Assembly: GCA_008632985.1 (NCBI GenBank)
Contig: QPGO01000098.1
Coordinates: forward strand, 62,001-126,000
Direction of reading: 5' to 3'
DNA length: 64,000 nucleotides
DNA from: Psammoneis japonica
Taxonomy: Eukaryota
Shown here: positions 49,301-62,929 of the stretch, in pieces
How the letters are laid out: every line of letters starts with the position of its first letter
Numbering within the stretch: the stretch's first letter is position 1
The notes under the pieces: generated by a model
Databases searched by the model: none
Told to the model about the DNA's origin: nothing
What the model saw: the letters and a program-made list of their open reading frames with translations, nothing else
Translations under genes and position numbers: made by a program

Positions 49301-52300
49301 TGGATCCAAACGCCTCGATTTTGTTCTTGCTTCGCCGGGAGCATTGTCGGCCGTCAGATTAGGAGGGTGCGAAGCCTTTGGGTGTCGAGTCACTTCTGAC
49401 CACAGAGCGCATTGCGTGGACTTTGATGCGATGGCATTGTTTGGGAAGCCTGCGGTCGATCTACCCAAAGCACGCTTCCGAGACATTCAAGCGTCATCGA
49501 AGCCCCAAGTCGCGGCTCACTTGAAATCCATTGGTCCCATGTTGGAAAGCCGCTCGGTGTTGGAACGGTCTGCGTGGCTTTTGGCGCTCAACGAACCCAA
49601 CCACAAACTGGCAGAGAGATTGGATCATGACATCTTACAGTTTTCCTTGTCCGCGGCCAAACATTGTAGACAACATCGGGAACCCGACTGGTCGGTGGAG
49701 TTGTTGGACCTTCGCCATCGTGTCTGCATTTTCTCCAGAGTTGTTTCCATGATGCGCACCAAAATTGATTGTGTGTCTCAGATTCAATGGATTTGGGATG
49801 AACTCAAAGGTTCCTTTGTCATTCCTGAGACCTTCCAAGAATGTTCAGCAGCCCTGCGAGAGGCTCAATCAGATTGCAAAAGGTTGGCAGCGGACAGCGT
49901 CACGCATCGGGAGAGAGAAACATCGACTAAAATCGCCACCCTCGACTTGGAAGGAACCAAACAGTCCCGAAAGCAAGCCTTGATTCTTCGCAATGTTCAA
50001 AAAGCAGAAGAAATGGCACGTCTTTTCAAGAAGATCAAATCGTGCAAGGCGGAACGCGACACTGGCATTGACAGCGTTCAAGTTCCTAGAAACCCAAGTG
50101 CACATCCTAAAGAATGCGACAACTGGATGACTCTTGATGCACCAGCAGAAGTTGCTCATGCTCTTCGGGTGCGGAATCAGAAACATTTTGGACAAGCTCA
50201 AGGCACTCCTCCGACCGCACCTCCTTCATCCATGGACCTTGGATTCACCGGCGATGCCATCATGGCGGAACTTGTGTCAGACGGTGACTGCGACACTTCG
50301 TCTCTCAACGAGGCCACAGCTCATTGATCGCATGTTCAAAACGTTGATCTCCTGTTTCATTGTCGGATCAGTTGACCAAGGCAGAGTTAGAGGGCAAAAT
50401 CAAAAGTTGGAAGGAGTCTGCCTCTACGTCCCCACACTCTGGTTTACATTTGGGACATTGGAAAGCCATGCGTGCGCCTCATCAATTCTCGGATGCCCCC
50501 ATTTCGGACCATGAAGACGACTCCGAACGCACTGCTTTGGACAACATCCAACAAACTCTGATCCAAATTCGCCTCAACCTTCTTAATTGTGCATCTGATG
50601 GGGTCACTCTTTCGACCGCTGGAAGGACACAGTCAACGTGATGATTTTCAAAGAACCTGGCAACAACAAGATTCACCGCCTGCGCGTTGTTCACATCTAC
50701 GAAGCTGACTTTCAGCTCATCACTGGCGTAAAGTGGAGAGCTCTGGCTCAAAACATGGAACATCGAAGGTTGCACAATCCTGGTGTTTGCGGCACTCGTC
50801 CCTTTCTCAATGCCCACACTCCAGTTCATCTGAGGAACTCATGCTCGAGACCAGTCGAGTGTCTCGCAAGTCGGCCATTGACAGCGACGACGATTGCACG
50901 TCATGTTTTGACAGGAACATCCCCGCTTTGGTCGCTGTCCAGAACCGCAGCAATGGCATGCCTAAGAAAGTCACCCAAGTTGCCAACACTGCACTTCACG
51001 AAGCTTGCCACTGGTTGAAAACGGTTCTCGGATTATCTCCAACATCCTGCTCCCACTCTGACGAGTTGCCTGTTCTCGGGACGGGGCAAGGCAGCGGCAG
51101 ATCGTCATTCGATTGGACCAAATCTGCAACAGTCTCTTTGATGTCTTTGATCGTCATGCTCATGGCGCGTTCTTTGAAACCCCTGACAGAACAACGTCCG
51201 TGCGAATGTTTGACCAAGGCTGTGTGGACGATGCGTCCAAACAAGTCAACGATTTTCGCGCATCTCCCCAGCCTTGCATGCTTGAACTTGCTTTCAAAAT
51301 GCAAGAGGACAACCAATTATGGTGTGATCTCTTGAACGCCGCAGGTCACGAACTGGAACTGCCCAAATGTTCATTTCACGCCATCGAATGGATGTTTGCA
51401 GACGATGGTGAGCCTTGTCTCAGACCTTGCAACGACAAACTCATAATCGAGATTGCATCTGCCGACAGGACCACGAGTCAACGGAGCAAACAGCTGTCTG
51501 CATGCTCTTCCCACAAAACTTTGGGCACTTGCAAAGCTCCCATCGGCAGCCAGAAGACGCAATGCTCGGCGCTCAAGAAGAAAAGTGACGACATTGCCAT
51601 GTTCCTCCGCTCTTGTCCTTTGGATCGTCATGAAGCTTGGACCCATTGCTTTGCATGTTACTTTCTTCCATGACTTGCGTTCTCCCAAACACTCATTTTC
51701 TTCCCAAGGAACTGTTGGAAATGCAACGAAAAGCAGTGCGCATTGTTGTCGCTAAATGCAGATGCAATCGGAACACGAAGCGCGATGTTTTGTTTGGACC
51801 CCATTCTTTGGGTGGAGGAGGTTTTCGTTCGTTGGATGTGGAGCAAGGTGTCGCCCAAGTGTTGCAGTTCTTACGACACTGGCAAGGATCGGGCCAACCA
51901 CAAGCCATGTCTCATGTCACTGTCTCTTGGATTCAATTTCATCTCAGCACGGGCGTCAGCTTCCTCCGTGACGTGACTTCGAAACTGCCTCATGCAGAGT
52001 CAAAATGGTTCATGTCCATGCTTCATTTCTTGCACGAGTGAATGCTTGTGTTGACTTTGACAACACTGGTGTCCTTCCGTTGCAGAGAGACAACGATCAG
52101 CACATTGTGGATGGCTTTGGACTCAGGAATTTTTGACGAACGTGAGGTTGGGTGGGCAAATTGCTGCTGCTCTCCCTGATGGTCGGTCTCTCAATCGTGC
52201 GCATTGGAGGGCAAACGTTCTTTTTTAGCGGAGTGTCGAGGTTGAACCCGGTTGAACAACAGCGCCCGTCTGCACGTGCATGGAAGCAATGGAAGAGGTT

Positions 52301-54300
52301 TTGTTCCCTCTTGTGTGTGGAGAATGCTGCAACTCTCAAAGGTCCTTTGGGACAGTGGGTCGTGTCTTCCTTGGACATGCGAATGTCTCACCCGGCGCAC
52401 TACGAACCAGACGAACAATGCTTGTGCATTCGCACCGATTCAGGTTTTCAAGTTTTCCCATTACGAGACAACTGTGCGGACTCAGTTTCTGAGCTGGAAA
52501 CATTGCATGATTTTTCTCCATCAGCTGCCCTCTGTTCATCCCGTTGCTGTTCCCATGCGCCCCATTGCTCCGAACGATTTCATGACGATGCTGCAGTTCC
52601 CACCAAAATGGGAAGCCTCGTCATTCGCAGATGTCTCATTGCACAAGTCTGTTTTCGAAATTGCAGACCGTCTGAGAGCGTCACGTGCTTCCGTGGGTGG
52701 TGATGGATTGGTGATTGAATTTTGTGGAACCTTTGGCTGGACACCAACAGTTTGGGTGCACCTTTGGTGGATTGCGCTGGCCCCATGTTTGGTTTCGTCC
52801 TTCGTCTTATCGGGCAGAAGCACATGGCATTTTGTCCGTGCTGTGGTTCATTTTTCGGACAATGGAATGTTGCCAATCTACATTCCCTCTCGGCCTGGAC
52901 ATTCATTGTGACAACTCTTCGCTGATTCGACACATTTTGGACTTTGCAGCCGTGCCACCATTGCCAGACGATCTTGACGAATCCAACCGAGCCCGGGACT
53001 GTCACCAACGTCATCATGTGGCGAACACTTTATCGTCAGAATGGGGCTTGCTGCATGAAACATGTCAATCGACTCATGACACATCGAGTTTCTCTGTTGG
53101 CGAATCTGCCGGAACACCAGTTGAATTGCATTGGGTGAAAGGGCATCAAGATGACAACGCACCTCTCGATTCTCTTTCGTTGCCAGCCAAATTGAGTGTT
53201 CGAGCCAATGTGCCAGCAAGTCGATGCCATGGTCACCACTCAGAGGACGTGCCAGTTGCACCAAGAACTCCTCATTGTTTGGCAAACCCAGTGGTCCAAC
53301 ACGCAACTGTGAATTCGAATTTTAAGCCTGCCCTTCGTTTCGAAGCATCCAGTCCCGCCCTTGTCAAGTGCATGAAAAAAAAGTTTGGTTGGTCGGACTT
53401 GGCACATGAGTCCATCGATTGGACTGCACACTCCAAATTGATGTCACAAAACATCAGACGAAAGGTGAGCACTGTCAAGTTGGTGCAAGACTTGCTTCCT
53501 GCTGGCAAGATCATGCACCAGCATGATCCGGTGCAGCCTGATTGCTGCACTCATTGCCTTCGCCCAATGGAAGACCGTGGCCACATTCTACGATGTCCTC
53601 ACAATGAAGAGTGGCGCACAAAATTTTTACAAGGTTTGCGGAAAAAGTGCGACGATGTCAACACATTACCTTCCATCCGTGATTTGATCCTTTTGTCTGT
53701 CAAGTCTTGGTTTCGTGAAGAAATCATGTGTTCTGATGGGCTGCATCGAAGTGCAGTGGCCGCACTTCGATCCCAGGATGCTGTTGGTTGGAGACACATT
53801 TTCAGTGGACGCTTTTCTCGAGAATGGAACGTGACTCAACGGACTTGCCTGTCATCCAGTGGACTGCATCAGGATCTTTTGGACAAAGAGAAGTGCTTGG
53901 ACTGGGCAGCAACAATTGGGAATTGCATTTGGGGGCAATGGTGGGAACTGTGGGATTCTCACAACGACGATGCACATGGTCACGACTCGGATGCTGGGAA
54001 GTCTTCTCAGCGATGAGATGCCAAGGCAGAGGTTCGGGCTGTTTTTTCAAAATCAGATGGAACATCTTGCAAAGGACAGGGCACAACCATTCAACTCCGT
54101 GGATGAACACCTCACACATTCGACCCATCGTGTTCGGAGTTGGCCAGCCATGGTGAAACCAATGTTCAAGTCAAGCATGAAAGAGGCCAAGCGCCTTGCA
54201 GCACGCGGCACTCGAACGATCGCCAGTTGCTTTGGCGCGGCATCGTCTGCGGATGATGCCAATCTTGGCCAATTGCTGCATGCTCCTGCCACACTGTCAG
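46400..54300 (+). mobile_element. Second Ambal-like LINE (ORF1 about 46550-48269; ORF2 about 48565-54240), degenerate
   Basis: APE (GVSEACLD, LFGDFNVD, RLDFVL, SDHRA); RT (GTGQGSG, GCVDD); RNase H (SYRAEAHG, HCDNSSL, WVKGHQD); CCHC finger (CTHC..EDRGHILRC); many frameshifts. Ends approximate. Confidence 0.9.
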
Positions 54301-54399
54301 TGCACTGGGGGTGTGGGTTAGCTTGTTGCCGGAGTTGCGGGGTGGAAGCGCAGCAGCACTTTAAAGATGGAATTTTGGTTTTGTTTTGACTTTGCTTGT

Positions 54400-55547
54400 T
54401 CACTGCAAAAGGACAGACCAAGCAGGAAAAGGAGTGTTTTTTGCGGACATCTTCATCTTCAACATTGTTGTCCATGGCCGCAATCACAGGATCCACAGCG
54501 ACCAACAGCTCAGCGGAAGAGGTTGGGAGTTCGCGAAGGATGAAGCGAAGACACGCGATGGCCCTGCCAATGAGCAACGTGGGCCCAGCTCCATGGTTTT
54601 TAATTGCACTCACAATGACGCCAATGCACCCGGCTTCAACAACTTTCTTTGTGTCTTCAAATGCAAGATTTTTGAGAGCAGCACAACCCCTGCACTGGAT
54701 TCCGCATTGCCTTGAAAACTGCTTCATTGCACGCACAATGGCAGTCAGAGCATCAGCTGCAGACGCGTTCCAGACGCAGGTGGGAATCCGTGTGACATTG
54801 GGCCTGCAGAATTCTGCGTGCGAGCTCCGCAGTAAAATTGTTGGGTGGTTGACATGTCAATGATTGCCAACAGAAAATGAGGCAATTTTGCAAACGCAAA
54901 AACTCGTCCACGATTGAAGCACATCATTTTTTGCTCAGCGCAGTGCATTCTTCAGACATTGAAGAATGCACTGGGCGCATCAATGTTCCCACAATTTCCC
55001 CAAATAAAATGTCTGGGGTTTCGCAAAATGGCGAGAGTGGAACAATTTTTTGGAAGATCACAAGTAGAAATGTGCACGCGAAACATACGACGGATGACAA
55101 AAAACAATTGTGTCACACGTCAGTGCTGCGAGCTCCCACCTGGGGCCGGAACGCGTCTGCATTGGATTTCGTTTTGAAATGGCCGCCATCGTTGCACGTA
55201 AAACAGGTGATTAGGTGGCACACTTTTGATTTGGTGACATGCGATTCCGTCGTGTTTAATGCGTGTACAAGATTTTTGCAAACGTCAGTGCCTTTGAACT
55301 CGTTGCGAATCTCGTTCCTGTCAACACCAAGCTCAATCATCCAATTGATGGCGATTTCTGCTTTCTTTTCGCTCAGCAACATTTGTACAAGGACGACGTT
55401 TGTTTTTGCTGGAAGTGCATCCATCATTTCAACAACAGAATCATCATCATCCTCCTCGCTTTCACCAACAACGCGACGACGTGCGTGTGGGGGCTCCTCC
55501 TCCTTGTCTCCGGCATCCACAGCGGCCCTCTTCTTCGACCTTGACAT
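54400..55547 (-). pseudogene. Armadillo-repeat protein gene, degraded
   Basis: AIVRAMKQF..IQCRGCAALKNLA..KKVVEAGCIGVIVSAIKNH is ARM-like; ATG at 55547 (MSRSKKR); interrupted, though introns are not excluded. Confidence 0.6.
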
Positions 55548-58410
55548 GACACCACCACGACTCTCTTCTAAAATAATAGTTTGATTATACAATAATTGTA
55601 CCGGTGTCAGTCGAGAGTCGAGCGATGTCAACAATCAACAATGCTCATAGCTCATAGAGCAATGACAAAGCAGCGGGCGTGACCATCACAGCGGCGGAAG
55701 CGAATTCGGGAATCGGCGACTGTGATTCACGTAGTTTGATCTATCCGACTCGATCGACGATTTCGAAAGCTATAATACCGGAGACGACTCAACCGGTCCC
55801 GGCGTCCGTGACTGAAATTTCACCACGGTGAAGTACGAGAGTCGAATAATTCGATTGGACTAAACGTTCCCGATTTGGCATAAAAAACGGCATGTTGTAC
55901 TTTGATGCATCTCGCCATGGCATACATCGTTGGGTCGATGTATCTTTCATGTGGGATCTTTTTCTACCGTTGTTATGAAGAGGTTGATACATTGGTTTGG
56001 TTTTCTGGGGGGCTTTGGTTTTGACACACGGTGCAAACGGTAACGTGCCTCGACTCGTGACTCGATTTCTGCAGGGTACGGGCAACATCTGAATGGTCGA
56101 CAACGTCGCGACGGTAAGTTCTCTTTGTGTTTTATCATTTTATATCGTTTTCCTATTCACTAAAGATCATTGTTGCTTTTTGTTACAGCGTGTAAGGTCG
56201 ATTGATGGTCTCGTGCGGTCGATTGTTGCATCTGTGATGTTGGTGTTTTTTTTTCGCGGCGTTTGCACCCCGTTTGGGAGCCTTATGCCTCATCCCACTC
56301 TACATCCTTTGGTGTACCTATTATGTATATTAATGTGGATTTGTGACGCGCTTGATATGTTTTTGAAGGTCTTGGTCGGCTCGTAATCACAGCATGTCGT
56401 TTTTCGGCGATAACAATTTCTTGAAAGTGCATACCGTGGGAACAAAACGATGCGATGGAGCCTCGGAGACACCTATGACATTGGTATTTGTCAGAGAGAC
56501 TTTCCATCGTCCAAAGAAGGTAACCCTGTGAGTATGTTGTGATTGATTGAGTTTTGGACTCGTTTTGACGAAACTTGCATACCTCACGACCCTTTTTTGG
56601 TGCGTCTCGATCATGCGTGCAGGTGTCTGGTCCTTTTTGACCCTTTCCACCTACCCTTCAACCGCATTATCATCATTATCTAAGACATGATATTGTCTAC
56701 ATTATTTTGGGAGATCTTTGTGGTATAACTACGACTCTAGGCTTTGCAATGGGTAAAATGGGATGGTTGAGGCTTGTGTTGGCTGGCTCATCGCCTCCTC
56801 TAGAATGCGCGGATGCCACGAACCGCTGATGGTACTTGGGGGCATAAAAATTGGTAAGGCGACTCAGTTCTACCTTTAAAAGGTGCCCCTAGTGAGTATA
56901 TTGCTGTGTGTAACCCCAATCTATTGTTGTTGTGTACGTTGTTCCGCTCATATTTTCATTTTGCCTGTCATTTTCCAGTGTGACTATCGTTGACCGTTAA
57001 AGCTTGCAGTGGCATTTCCAGACCCACACTCTACATGATAGATATCTTTTGATACTCTTTGCTCATATGGGGAAATCAGATCCTGGAGCAATCAGTTCCT
57101 AGTCAATCTAGTAGAGGTGTATGACTATTCGATGAAATGTGGGATGGAGTGTAGGCGTAAAAGCTGTTGCTTCTGGACGGTACGTACCGTATGCTTACTG
57201 TAGAGTGTGTGTGTGTGTGTACTTCACCATTTCGAATGATGACTTACCGATCTGCTATTCTAAGACACAGGAAAGATATCTCTCTACGAGTAGTAGGGAG
57301 CACGGTGCCGGCTGTGCGCGAGAAGCCATATAGTAATGAAGACGGTACCGTCCTAAGCGCAGAAGTCTCCGCATTGTAGGATGAACTCTCTGGTGGAGAG
57401 TGCTACTACTTTTGATTATAACTTGGTGCAAAAGGTAAGTTTGATTGAGAAGTTGTGTATTATATATCCCCTTTTAGCACTGAGACTAACGCAGTTCATT
57501 GTTCTTTTTGACCCGTATATAGATGGCTTCGCACTGGAGGACAATGCGCGTGAGACAGCAGCTGTCAAAGCTACAGAGGGACACCATTTGTCTCTAGGTC
57601 CTAGTTCAAGTGAATCTGAAGCAACCCGAAGCTTTCGAATCCAGGGGAGTTAGAGATATTGTCTTCGCCGAGACAGAGATCGTAGGCAAGCTCAGCCAGA
57701 TAACCACCATCGAATGCATTGTCCATTTGGGATTTTCGCATCGGCGCAGCGGCATTTTCTTTGGCATCCTTGAGCGATGAAGCAGCAGATAAAGCACATA
57801 GATGACTCATGGTTTGTCGCTGTTCTTTGTGGTGTTTATTGGAGCTGCGACTGAGTTTGAAACAACAGCGGTACGGTCATTGCGGCGTTGGCGTTGACCC
57901 GTCGCGTCGGAGGGAATTCAAATCTTGCGCGCGTCCTCCTTCGCGCGCGGCGGGAACGTTTGAGGCAACGGGAACGTTTGAGGCCGCCGGTGCAGTAGTT
58001 TGTTGCCGGCGCTTGGATGCAGTTTTGTGATGTGAAACAGCTGTTTCGCGTGGAAACAACAGCTTAGTCATCCGTTGAGTCATGATGACGTCTTTCGTCC
58101 CGCTGCCGAACCTCATCCCGAGTGTGTTTCATTGCCAGGCAGATGTTTTGCATTTGTTGGCTGAGGAGTGGCAGGTTGTGTTCTAAAGAAGAATTGATGG
58201 AGTTCCCACAAATGGAAAAAAGAGTGAGAGCTCCACTTTGCTTGTGCTGCACAACACGCGCCATGGCGTGCCAACAAAGAATGCTCTCCTTCCTTGTTGG
58301 TGGGCTGCCTGCAAAAATGCCTCTGTGAAAAATGTGAGTTCATTCATTCTAGAAAAATTGCAATCACGCAAATGGGGGTTGCACCAAATTCCCACTCACT
58401 TGGATTTTGC

Positions 58411-58752
58411 NNNNNNNNNNNNNNNNNNNNNNNNNNNNNNNNNNNNNNNNNNNNNNNNNNNNNNNNNNNNNNNNNNNNNNNNNNNNNNNNNNNNNNNNNN
58501 NNNNNNNNNNNNNNNNNNNNNNNNNNNNNNNNNNNNNNNNNNNNNNNNNNNNNNNNNNNNNNNNNNNNNNNNNNNNNNNNNNNNNNNNNNNNNNNNNNNN
58601 NNNNNNNNNNNNNNNNNNNNNNNNNNNNNNNNNNNNNNNNNNNNNNNNNNNNNNNNNNNNNNNNNNNNNNNNNNNNNNNNNNNNNNNNNNNNNNNNNNNN
58701 NNNNNNNNNNNNNNNNNNNNNNNNNNNNNNNNNNNNNNNNNNNNNNNNNNNN
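58411..58752. other. Assembly gap (N run)
   Basis: Run of N. Confidence 1.
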
Positions 58753-60067
58753 ACATGTCTGCAAGCCGCCATTCTGAGCACGCAAGGCGCCATTGTCATT
58801 CCTGTTGCACACAACTCTGGCTGGGCCTGTGTGACAGTTGGCACCATGCTTGGTCTTTTTTGTTGTTTGAAAAGTGTCAATCATCTGACAGTGCATTGAT
58901 GCTCCTTTTGTTTTGCACCTTTAAAGCTTGTCTTTGGGCAGATGAGCTCCTGCTTTCTGTCTTCCAGGTGCAAACTTTCACTTGGCAGAATGGGCAACAG
59001 ACAAAATTTCATCCCATCTGAAGACCCCCTCTGGGTGCAGGACCTGTGTGTGTGGTTGCATGCACTGCAGCATGTGTGAAAAAAGCTGCAGCTGACAGGA
59101 TGCCACTCCAAGGGTTGCCCTTGTCCAGCTCCATCTGTGAAGGGCAGAGGTCTCAGACTGCACAAGACCAGTCCCCAGAACCACACTGAGTTGTCAAAAA
59201 CATTTCTGGCTGTTCAGTTTGTTGTCCTTGCAACATTGTGCTGTCAGTGCACACACACAAAGGCTCTCCATGGCACTCCAAGGCACTCCAAGGCACTCCA
59301 AGCTTGGAAAACAACAGACAGAAACAACACCAAGAAGTGATGTTGCCCTCCTCCTTGCATCCAAGGAGCCATGCAGTTGCACACTTGCTTTGGACTGAAT
59401 GATTCTTCACACAGCCAGCCATTTTTGCCCATGAACATGAAGACAGTTGCACAGTTCTCTCACAAACCCACATGCACCAAACATGGTTGCCTTCAAACAC
59501 ACTGCATTTCTTGCAGATCTGCCAGGTCTTGCTGCCAGTGCATTGCAGTCTGCAAAAATTCATGAAATGGATGATCAAAGGTTACACTCACTGTTGACTG
59601 GAAGAAGCAAGAAGCAGCCAAGGACATCAAGGAGAGTGGCAGACAGTGTTTGGTTGCATCTGAGCCAATCTGCAGCCAGAAGTCAATCTTTGTGGGGAGT
59701 CTGCCAGCAAATTGCAAAGAGCCTTCTTCCATGAGAGGAGCTCTTCTGCCCCAAAACCTGAAACTACAAACTGCTGAGCATTGCCAGCTCGAGAGTGCAG
59801 TTTTGGCACAGTGATGCACCCAACACCAGCCAACAACGCTCATGCAAGTTGCTCTCCCTGTGTGTCCTCTGCAGGGTTGGCTGCACAGACTGCTGGCTGC
59901 TGCGCCGATTGGTCGCTGTAAGCTGTGCCAAAATAGAGTGTTTGGAAGAGCTGCCAGGACAATAATTCTACCTCTGTTATTTTTTACATGACTTAAATGG
60001 TGGCCAATAGAAACAATTACACCTGTTTATCTCTTTTACTCTGCACTGCCTTACTTGCTCCCTGTCG

Positions 60068-61977
60068 TTAGTTGTCCTGACGCAGTTTTTTCACAACATA
60101 AGCGGCACCGTTGTCGTACATTACAATGACAAATCCCGCGACAGCCCTGCCCTTTCCCGCGTCCTCCATCGCCTGCCGTGTTTTAACATATCCTGCTAAC
60201 TGCTCTTGAGCTTTTGATACGAAATCGGCAGTAGGAGGCGTCTGAGACGCAACTTGTTTCAGTTCCAGTATCACTACACTGGTGTCGGAGCTAAATGTGA
60301 CATCCGTCCGCTTTCCGGTCTCGGGCAATTTGTCCTCTTGACTTGTCCGTGCAACGCCCTGTAGAATGTCATGAGCCTCCGTGATGACGTGAGATTGGAG
60401 TTGAAGCTCCAAGATATGATTATTGACATCCGATGAGGCCCAGGCCATTAGTCTTGCCATGTTCTTATGCGAAATAGAAGTCACAAAGTCCACCAATATC
60501 TCTTCACCGTGGGCATACAAATCTTCCGTGGAGTCTAGTGCGACCAACTTTTCCAAGGAAGCTCGTAACGTTTTCAGAAGGGGTTTGAGCAGGTTCTCAC
60601 GATAGAAATCAGAGGTGATGGCGAATTTGGGTTGTCCATTGTTCCAGTGGCCGATGCCACCCCAATGTGAACTAATATAGTCAGGTAGTCACCAACATCG
60701 ATGGTTTCTTTCAAGAGATCCTCCAAACTCAAGTCCGCCTTGATCTTGTATCTCGGTCCAGATATTTCCTCCCTATCAGCCAATTTGTTCGCCACAAGAC
60801 GTAGATTCTTGGCATTGCACAAGACGTTGAATATCCATGTCGGAACCGGCTCCCGCGCCAAACCCTTTGGCACCTTACCAGTGGATAAAAACTCACGTCG
60901 TTCGGTTTCCTCTGCTGGATCCAGCAGCATATTCATTATGCCATTTACAAGTCCCGTGTGATACAGAGGCTGACTCTTAGGAAAACGAAGGTTATTGAAG
61001 TTGCGCTTGAGCGAACTCATCGCCAGCTCAAGCTCTCCCTCCTTAAAGGGGGAATGTGCGTGGACATCCTCCAGCATGCGCTTCACGTCCGCCTCTCTCA
61101 GTCCAACAGCATCCGCCATTTTCCCCTTGTACGTAAAATCGGAGATGTTAAGCCCACTCATTCCTTTTATACCAATGGGCGTGATGCCTGTGAGCCAAAT
61201 TTTTGCACTGGATACCTGCTCCAGGAGAACCTTGACAGAACGGAAGAATGAAAAATACTTTGCAAAGTATGACTTGATCTGGAATTGGACACTTTCGTAG
61301 AGCTTCTCCCCGTGATGCGGAATCAATTGCAATAAGCCGTCACGAACAGGCTGATCATACTCGTCAACAAGAATTAATAGACGCCCTTTATCATGTTGCA
61401 CTGCGGTGCCCAAAGCACGAACCATCGCCGAAATAGATTGGTCTTTGATTTTCACCCCTTGGGAAAACGTTTTGAAGTTTTCGTTGAGTTGCTTATTGTT
61501 CTCTAAGAGAAAAATTACTTTCTCCTTGATGCAACATTCGGTTTCATAGTCCAGCATTTTGCAGCGTTGAACCCATTCTTCTTCCTCTTCGTTCTCTTCA
61601 TAATTGGAAAAGCAAACGGCGCCAAAGTCAATCCGGAGGACGTACCACTGGTTTCGATCGTCCTCGCCAACGGAATAACTCAGATCCGTGTCCACGTTGG
61701 ATTCCTTGTTGATGGAGAACAATTCGTCCGCAAGCGAAAACAGTGTGGTTTTCCCAAGTTGCATGGGACGAGTAAAACAGATAGCACTTTCCGTAGCGTG
61801 GAACAGTTCTTCTAGAAACAAACTGTTGTCGCGATAGCCGCAGAACTTTCGGTACACATTGGCAGCACCATTCTGATGGCGTCCAGGGAAATGGAAGCCG
61901 GTTTGTTTGCTTCTCTTTGACGCCCTTTCCGTATTCGACGATTCGGAAGGTCTAGCTAGTTGCTTGACGTTGCTCAT
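60068..61977 (-). CDS. AAA-ATPase-like plus C-terminal PD-(D/E)XK nuclease protein, with a single frameshift near 60630
   Basis: RPMQLGKTT (Walker A variant), ILVDEYDQP (Walker B), WLTGITP; RTDVTF..VILELKQ..KAQEQLAGY in 60068-60556. The paralog at about 9690 has one extra base that joins the two ORFs. Confidence 0.8.
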
Positions 61978-62024
61978 GGTGGTGTTGGTGTGAGTACGAC
62001 GAATGTATTCAGAGGGTCCAAAGA

Positions 62025-62237
62025 TGGGGGAAGTCTCCAGCCAGCGCTGCTGGCTGAAAAAAGTCTGCTCGTCAGTGCGTTTGGGGGTTTTGCAAGTATG
62101 ACAATTTTTACGTATGCAAAAGAAGACGAGTCTGTCCAGCGTTCACCAAAACCCCCTAACGCACAGATTGACAGACTCATTCAGTGCAATTTCTACACAA
62201 AATTCTTCAGCCAGCAGCTGGCTGGAGACTTCCCCCA
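62025..62237. mobile_element. Foldback MITE, copy 2 (4-bp TSD aaga)
   Basis: Perfect 21-bp TIR tgggggaagtctccagccagc / gctggctggagacttccccca, aaga on both flanks, and an internal inverted repeat tgcgtttgggggttttg / caaaaccccctaacgca. Confidence 0.92.
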
Positions 62238-62929
62238 AAGAATCATCACAAGAATACAGTCCTGCACTTGCAGGCACCGGTGCGGGCCCTGGGAGCTGCT
62301 GGAAAAAACGATTGTGCCACTGCCGGCACAAGCCTTGATGACGCAGCCATGCGGCCCTGCACGTTGGGCACAGACAGACGCCACCCGCAGCAGCACATGC
62401 CATGCCATGCAATGCACTGCATTGCCACAGATGCCCAACACCAAAATCACAGTCTTGATGTGAAAAAAGCCTTCCATGACACCAGTGTTGTCTGACTTCA
62501 TTTCTAAAAGCATTCGCTGGTCCACTCGCGCCAGCAAATTTCAAGATTCGCTCGCTCGCTCGCTCGAAGCAAGAGCCCAGTGACAGCCAAAAGCACAAAA
62601 GCCCAAAACAATCAAGTCAGGTCCCACGGTCGGACACACCCAGCATGAGAAATCGCAGACAAGCCGGTGGTCAGGCAGATGATGATGCAGCCAGTGTGGT
62701 GCTTGGGGCAACAAGCAGGCGCAACAATTGCGCCATCGGCGCACCCTCAAATTTCCCGCCATGTGGCACGCGACAGTCTCCAAGTCGGTTCTCGGTTCGC
62801 TTTCCTCTGCTTGCTCGTGAGAGCATTGCAGTGACGATGAGATTGAGAAACATTCGTGGCAACAATGCTTCCACCAAAAAATGCTTTTTGCTGTTGTTTC
62901 AACCATCAAAATGCTCGACATCAAATGGT

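Noticed and set aside
55600..57900. Short ORFs in the normal-composition island (e.g. 57601-57810)
   Set aside because: No recognisable motif or supportable exon structure
58238..59021. ORFs spanning the N gap (also 4791-5290)
   Set aside because: Artefacts of translating through N, apart from the LINE ORF2 frame
60068..61977. Classical RIP (CA>TA) acting on this copy instead
   Set aside because: The TA-rich copy keeps long ORFs and its CpGs, and conserved motifs elsewhere (YVDD) show TA is ancestral
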